Assembly: GCA_965221125.1 (NCBI GenBank)
Contig: CBDCRW010000004.1
Location: 736,001 to 800,000, forward strand
DNA from: Alphaproteobacteria bacterium
Lineage (GTDB): Bacteria; Pseudomonadota; Alphaproteobacteria; UBA828
Length of the DNA: 64,000 bases
Reading direction: 5' to 3'
Shown: one piece after another, positions 59,111 to 64,000 of the stretch
Position numbering within the stretch: position 1 is the stretch's first letter
Layout of the letters: each line of letters starts with the position of its first letter
The notes under the pieces: generated by a model
Database searches by the model: none
The model's input: only the letters and a program-made list of their open reading frames with translations
Told to the model about the DNA's origin: nothing
Made by a program: the position numbers and the translations under genes

Positions 59111-59922
59111 TCCGCTCGACTGTCCAGCCGCGGCACCGGCGGGATGCGCAGGATGAGGAAGAGCCCGAGCACGATCATCGGGAGCGAGAGAAGCTGCCCC
59201 ATGGTGATGCCGGACACGATGAAGCCGAGGAAGGCATCGGGCTCGCGGAACAGCTCGGCGATGATGCGGGCGACGCCGTAGCCGGCGAAGAACATGCCGG
59301 CGACGGTGCCGGGCCGCTGCGTGATCCGCTTCGTGTGCGCTGCGACGGCCAGGACCGTGAACAGGACGATGCCCTCCAGGACCGCTTCGTAAAGCTGGCT
59401 CGGGTGGCGCGGCTCGGGCCCTCCGTTCGGGAACACCATAGCCCAGGAGACATCGCTCACCCGGCCGTACAGCTCACCGTTGATGAAATTGGCGATACGG
59501 CCGAGGAAGAGGCCGATCGGCACCTGCGCGCAGACCGCATCGGCGACGGAGAGGAAGCGGATTTTCATGATGCGGGTGTAGAGGACCACGACGACGATCA
59601 CTCCGAGGGCGCCGCCGTGAAAGGACATCCCGCCCTGCCAGATCACGAAAATCTCTTCGGGATTGGAGAGGTAGTACCCCGGCTGGTAGAACAGCACGTA
59701 GCCGAGCCGGCCGCCCAGCACGACGCCGAGGGTGCCGAACACCAGCAAGTCGTCGGCGTGGCGCTTCGTCAGCCCGTCGATGCACCTGCCTGCAAGGTAG
59801 CGCACGTACTGCCAGCCCAGCACGAGGCCGACCACGTAGGAAAGCGCGTACCAGCGGATCGCGACGGGGCCGATCTCGACCGCCACCGGGTCGATGGTGG
59901 GGAAGGCGAGGGCGAAGGTCAT
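59107..59922 (-). CDS. lgt: Prolipoprotein diacylglyceryl transferase
   Basis: IRWYAL, GGRLGYV, GGMSFHGG, GRIANFINGEL, HPSQLYE. Confidence 0.96.
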   Translation of the reverse strand: MTFALAFPTIDPVAVEIGPVAIRWYALSYVVGLVLGWQYVRYLAGRCIDGLTKRHADDLLVFGTLGVVLGGRLGYVLFYQPGYYLSNPEEIFVIWQGGMSFHGGALGVIVVVVLYTRIMKIRFLSVADAVCAQVPIGLFLGRIANFINGELYGRVSDVSWAMVFPNGGPEPRHPSQLYEAVLEGIVLFTVLAVAAHTKRITQRPGTVAGMFFAGYGVARIIAELFREPDAFLGFIVSGITMGQLLSLPMIVLGLFLILRIPPVPRLDSRAE

Positions 59923-60905
59923 CGATAGGGGTCGTCCCTGCTCAGATAGTCGCGCACGTAGGTGCCCACGCCCGCCTCGATCGTCGTGAACGGCAGAGCG
60001 TAGCCCGCGCGCCGCAGCCGCTCCATCCGCGCTTCCGTGAAATATTGGTAATGCGCACGCATCGACTCGGGCATCTCCACGTACTCGATCGACGGAGCTT
60101 GCCCGAGCGCGGCGAAGAGCGCACGCGCCAGATCGGAGAACGGCCGCGCCTTGCCGGTGCCGACGTTGAAGAGGCCGCTCACCTGGCGGTTGTCCAGCAG
60201 CCAGAGCATGACGGCGACGCAGTCGCCGACCCAGACGAAGTCGCGGCACTGGCCGCCGTCCGCATGGCGGGGGTCGTAGGACTTGAAGAGGCGCACGGGC
60301 CGCCCTGCCGCGGCGTCGGGATAGACGGTGGCGACGACGCTGCGCTGGCCGCCCTTGTGATACTCGTTGGGGCCATAGACGTTGAAGAACTTGAGGCCCG
60401 CCCATTGCGGCGGCCTTGGCGCGCCCGCTGCGAGCGCATGGGCGATGCGGCGGTCGACGAGGTGCTTGCTGCGGCCGTAGCCGTTGAGGGGCTTCAGCCG
60501 GGCGAGCGCGGGGATCGAGGCGTCATCGTCGAAGCCGCACGAGCCGTCTCCGTAGGTCGCGGCCGAGGAGGCGTAGATCAGCGGCACGCCTTCGGCCGCG
60601 CACCAGCGCCAGAGCGCCATGCTGAAGCGGTAGTTGTTGCGGGTGAGCAGGCTTGCGTCGGTCTCCGTCGTGGACGACGTGGCGCCCAGGTGAAAAACCG
60701 CACGCACCGCGCCCGCGTGATCGGCGAGCCAGGCGGGGAGGCCGGCCGGCTCGACCACGGCCTTGAGGTCGCGCTTGGCAATGGTCCGGCCGTCGCTACC
60801 CGCGCCCGGCCGGTCGCAGACTACCAGCGGCTCCTCGCCGCGCTCTTCCAGGGCGGCGACGAGGTTGGACCCGATGAAGCCCGCGCCGCCCGTGACGATG
60901 ATCAT
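59919..60905 (-). CDS. rfaD: ADP-L-glycero-D-manno-heptose 6-epimerase
   Basis: TGGAGFIGSN, YASSAATYG, YGRSK, FNVYGPNEYHKG. Confidence 0.92.
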   Translation of the reverse strand: MIIVTGGAGFIGSNLVAALEERGEEPLVVCDRPGAGSDGRTIAKRDLKAVVEPAGLPAWLADHAGAVRAVFHLGATSSTTETDASLLTRNNYRFSMALWRWCAAEGVPLIYASSAATYGDGSCGFDDDASIPALARLKPLNGYGRSKHLVDRRIAHALAAGAPRPPQWAGLKFFNVYGPNEYHKGGQRSVVATVYPDAAAGRPVRLFKSYDPRHADGGQCRDFVWVGDCVAVMLWLLDNRQVSGLFNVGTGKARPFSDLARALFAALGQAPSIEYVEMPESMRAHYQYFTEARMERLRRAGYALPFTTIEAGVGTYVRDYLSRDDPYR

Positions 60906-61121
60906 GCCGCTGCGTGCCGCCTTCCCGTTTCACTCGGCGCGGCGGTTATAGGGTCCCCCCGGCGCCGCCGGCAAGCACTGCGCGCCGGCTCTGCCGGGCC
61001 GAAGGCCCGGACGGCGCGACTGCGCCGCGCGCCGAATGGCGCGTAGCCAAGCGAGCGGAGCGAGCGCCCGGCGCCTGAGGGAAACGAAAAGAGTCCGGAG
61101 GAGAGACAGGCGGATTTGGGA

Positions 61122-62000
61122 CTAAATCGTCCGCAGCAGCCCGCCCGTGACGAGGCGCAGTTTCTGCGTGGCCGTGAACCTGATCCGCCGGCCGGCGACG
61201 GGGAAACCCGCCCGCTCGATACGGTCGAGATAGGCCTCGTAGACGCTCCGCATGAGGATGGCGGGGCGCATGGAGCGGCGTTCCGAGCGCGGCAGCGCCT
61301 CGCTCGCCGCGCCGAAGTGCCGGCGCGCCATTCCGCCGAGGGAGCGGCACACCTTCTCGACGCCGGGCGTGCGCCCGATCGCCTCGGGCCTGATGCCCGC
61401 GAGGCCCTGCTTTTCCAGCAGCTCCTGCGGCAGGTAGATGCGGCCGCGCTTCGCGTCCTCCGCCACGTCGCGGAGGATGTTGGTGAGCTGAAACGCCTGG
61501 CCCAGGTGGCGCGCGAAGGTGGGGATGGTGCGCGCGCGGTAGCCGAAGATCTCGACCGAGAGCAGGCCGACGCACCCCGCGACGCAGTGACAGTAGCGTT
61601 CGAGCTCGGCCAGCGTCGGCCGCAGCATGGCGCCGCCACCGTCCATCTCGAAGCCCTCCAGGATCTCCATGAAGTGCCGCTCGGCGAGGCCGAAACGCTC
61701 GACCGGGGCGGCGAGGGCCCGCGTCACCGGATGGCGCGGCGTGCCCTGGTAGAGCGCCCGCACCTCGCCGCGCCAGGCATCGATCAGCGCGCGCGACTCC
61801 TCCGGGTCCTCGATCTCGTCGGCGACGTCGTCGGTCTCGCGGCAGAAGGCGTAGAGCGCCAGCATCGCCTCGCGCTTCTCGCGCGGCAGCAGCATCATCG
61901 GCAGGAAGAACGAGCTCCCCGACGCCCGCGTCACCTCGGCCACGTAGCGCTTCGGGTCCGGGGCCTCCGGGATCGGCAGGCTGACCTCCTGACTCACCAT
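61122..62000 (-). CDS. hpnD: Presqualene diphosphate synthase
   Basis: SGSSF, YAFCRETDDVAD, QLTNILRDVAED, GRIYLP. Confidence 0.88.
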   Translation of the reverse strand: MVSQEVSLPIPEAPDPKRYVAEVTRASGSSFFLPMMLLPREKREAMLALYAFCRETDDVADEIEDPEESRALIDAWRGEVRALYQGTPRHPVTRALAAPVERFGLAERHFMEILEGFEMDGGGAMLRPTLAELERYCHCVAGCVGLLSVEIFGYRARTIPTFARHLGQAFQLTNILRDVAEDAKRGRIYLPQELLEKQGLAGIRPEAIGRTPGVEKVCRSLGGMARRHFGAASEALPRSERRSMRPAILMRSVYEAYLDRIERAGFPVAGRRIRFTATQKLRLVTGGLLRTI

Positions 62001-62878
62001 GCTTGGGCGATGCCCCTCAACGCAAGGCCCACGCGGGCGGGCGTCGGCACCCTGATCCGCCCGGCGAGGGGGTCGCCATTGCCGAGCCTGCGATGGAGCG
62101 CCCAGGCCAGCCTGACGATCACCGCGCATTCCCAGCGGAAGCGCCGGCGGCGGACCGAGCCCGGCATCGCCTCGGCGCGGCGGAGCAAGACTGCCGTGTG
62201 CTCCAGGCAGCGGTCGATGGCTCGGCGCACCGCCGGCGACGCCCGCTTCTCGGCGAGCATTTCCACACCGCCGCCTGCTTCCTGCAGCCAGGGCTCTGGC
62301 ACGTACACACGGTCCAGCGCGAGGTAGTCCTCGCCGCAGTCCTGCAGGTGGTTGAGCACCTGCAGCGCATTGCAGAGCGCATCCGAGCCCTCGATGTCGG
62401 CATGTTCGCTCTCGCCGTGGATGTCCATCATCACCCGGCCGACCGAAGCCGCCGAGCGCTGGCAGTAGTCCATCAGGTCGTCCCAGTCGGCGTAGCGCAG
62501 CTTGGTCGCGTCCTGCATGAAGGCGGAGAGCAGGTCGCGGCCGTTCTGCGCCGCGCACCCAGTCTCGATCAGGCTGCGGTGGTAGGGAACCGCCCAGTCG
62601 GGGAGCGCCGCTTCGTCCCTGCCGAGGGCATCGCTCGCGGCCTGAAGCCGGGCCACCTTCTCGGCCGCCGGGATGGTGGGCGAATCGGCGATGTCGTCGG
62701 CCTTGCGCGCGAACAGGTAGAAGGCGTGCACGTGGGGCCGGCAATCGGGCGGGATGAGGAAGGAGCCGACCGGGAAATTCTCGCTGTTCGCGCGGATCAG
62801 CGCACTGATGTTCTCTTCGCGCTCAGCCGGCGCCGAATCGCCCGGTGTCTCCACCGCCGCAGTTGCCGTCGTCGCCAT
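61994..62878 (-). CDS. hpnC: Hydroxysqualene synthase
   Basis: ENFPVGS, FARKADDIAD, LQVLNHLQD. Confidence 0.88.
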   Translation of the reverse strand: MATTATAAVETPGDSAPAEREENISALIRANSENFPVGSFLIPPDCRPHVHAFYLFARKADDIADSPTIPAAEKVARLQAASDALGRDEAALPDWAVPYHRSLIETGCAAQNGRDLLSAFMQDATKLRYADWDDLMDYCQRSAASVGRVMMDIHGESEHADIEGSDALCNALQVLNHLQDCGEDYLALDRVYVPEPWLQEAGGGVEMLAEKRASPAVRRAIDRCLEHTAVLLRRAEAMPGSVRRRRFRWECAVIVRLAWALHRRLGNGDPLAGRIRVPTPARVGLALRGIAQAW

Positions 62879-62898
62879 GTGCCCCGCGCCCCGCGCCC

Positions 62899-64000
62899 TC
62901 AGCCGGCGTCGGCGAGCAGCCGCTCCGCCAGGCCCCGCGCGGCGCGGTCGATCTCGTACACGTCGTCGAGCGCAGCGACGGCGCGATGGTTGGTCCGCTC
63001 CAGGCAGCGCTCCACCGTCTGCGCGATCTCCAGGAAGCCGATCCGGCGATCCAGGAAGCCGCCGACCGCCACCTCGTTGGCGGCGTTGAGCACGATGGGC
63101 GCGCTGCCCCCTTGCGTCAGCGCGTCCCGCGCGAGCCTGAGCGCCGGGAAGCGCACCGGGTCCGGCGGCTCGAAGGTGAGGCGGCCGAGCTCCGCGAGAT
63201 CGAGCTTCGGCGAGGGTGCCGCGATGCGGGCCGGCCAGGCGAGGGAATAGGCGATGGGCGTGCGCATGTCGGGCGTGCCGAGCTGCGCCAGCACGGAGCC
63301 GTCCACGTAAGCCACCATGCTGTGGATCACCGACTGCGGATGCACCAGCACCTCGATCTGCTCCGCGTCGACGGGGAACAAGTGAAAGGCCTCGATCATC
63401 TCGAGGCCCTTGTTCATCATGGTTGCCGAATCCACCGAAATCTTGGCGCCCATGTCCCAGTTGGGGTGGGCGACGGCCTCCTCCGGCGTGGCCTTCGCCA
63501 TGGTCTCCATCGACGCCTCGCGGAACGGCCCGCCCGAGGCGGTGAGCACGATCTTCTCGACGCCGTCCGAGCGCTCGAAGTCGAACACCTGGTAGATCGC
63601 GTTGTGCTCCGAATCGACCGGGAGCAGCGTCGCCCCGCCGCGCTCGACCTCGGCCAGCATGAGCGAGCCGGCGCAGACCAGGCACTCCTTGTTGGCCAGG
63701 CCGATGATGGCGCCCTGCGCGGCTGCGGCGAGCGTGGGCCGGAGCCCGGCCGCGCCGACGATCCCGGCCATGACGAAATCGGCGGGCGCAGCGGCGGCCT
63801 CGACCAGAGCCTCGGGGCCGGCGGCGATAGCAGTGTCGGTGCCGGCGAGAGCCTCCTCGAGGGCGCCATGGAGAGCGGGATCGCCGATGACGGCCTGCTT
63901 CGCGCCGACCTGGCGCGCCTGCTCGGCGAGGCGCTCGACGCTCCGCTGGGCGGTCAGCGCCTCGACCTCGAACGCGCCCGGGTGGCGGACGATCAGATCG
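62899..64000 (-). CDS. dxr: 1-deoxy-D-xylulose 5-phosphate reductoisomerase (5' end beyond the window)
   Basis: LANKE, PVDSEH, TASGGPF, HPNWDMGAKISVDSATMMNKGLE, NAANE. Confidence 0.96.
   Translation of the reverse strand, partial: DLIVRHPGAFEVEALTAQRSVERLAEQARQVGAKQAVIGDPALHGALEEALAGTDTAIAAGPEALVEAAAAPADFVMAGIVGAAGLRPTLAAAAQGAIIGLANKECLVCAGSLMLAEVERGGATLLPVDSEHNAIYQVFDFERSDGVEKIVLTASGGPFREASMETMAKATPEEAVAHPNWDMGAKISVDSATMMNKGLEMIEAFHLFPVDAEQIEVLVHPQSVIHSMVAYVDGSVLAQLGTPDMRTPIAYSLAWPARIAAPSPKLDLAELGRLTFEPPDPVRFPALRLARDALTQGGSAPIVLNAANEVAVGGFLDRRIGFLEIAQTVERCLERTNHRAVAALDDVYEIDRAARGLAERLLADAG

Overview
This is a high-GC bacterial chromosome segment; the core gene set suggests Alphaproteobacteria. 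Positions 1 to ~39.3 kb are a decaying tandem array of related integrative elements. They are separated by a tRNA-Met(CAT) 3' fragment (att site, 22442-22486) next to an intact tyrosine integrase. Backbone pieces recur (PAPS-reductase-like gene, HU gene, integrase) and each copy carries defence-like cargo: (i) small ORF + Rad50/SMC-like ATPase + PD-(D/E)xK-like nuclease, the nuclease split by a 4621-bp Mu/Tn7-like transposon with a 5-bp target duplication; (ii) an eight-gene cluster (unknown, PIN protein, AAA+ ATPase, Cys-rich PP-loop/PAPS-reductase-like protein, cysteine desulfurase, SAP-GHKL ATPase, two unknowns), the best candidate here for an undescribed sulfur-based DNA modification/defence system; (iii) a class III cyclase-like gene; (iv) type III R-M plus HNH; (v) calcineurin-like phosphoesterase-TPR plus Hsp90-like ATPase. 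Positions ~39.6 to 64 kb are housekeeping: bioD/bioF, aminotransferase, DUF1538 pair/P-II/CBS, SDR, folB, a coxMSL-like molybdoenzyme, mtnP, ychF, pth, rplY, prs, pgeF, a MidA-like methyltransferase, lgt, rfaD, hpnD/hpnC and dxr. All family calls come from motifs read by eye; no searches were run.
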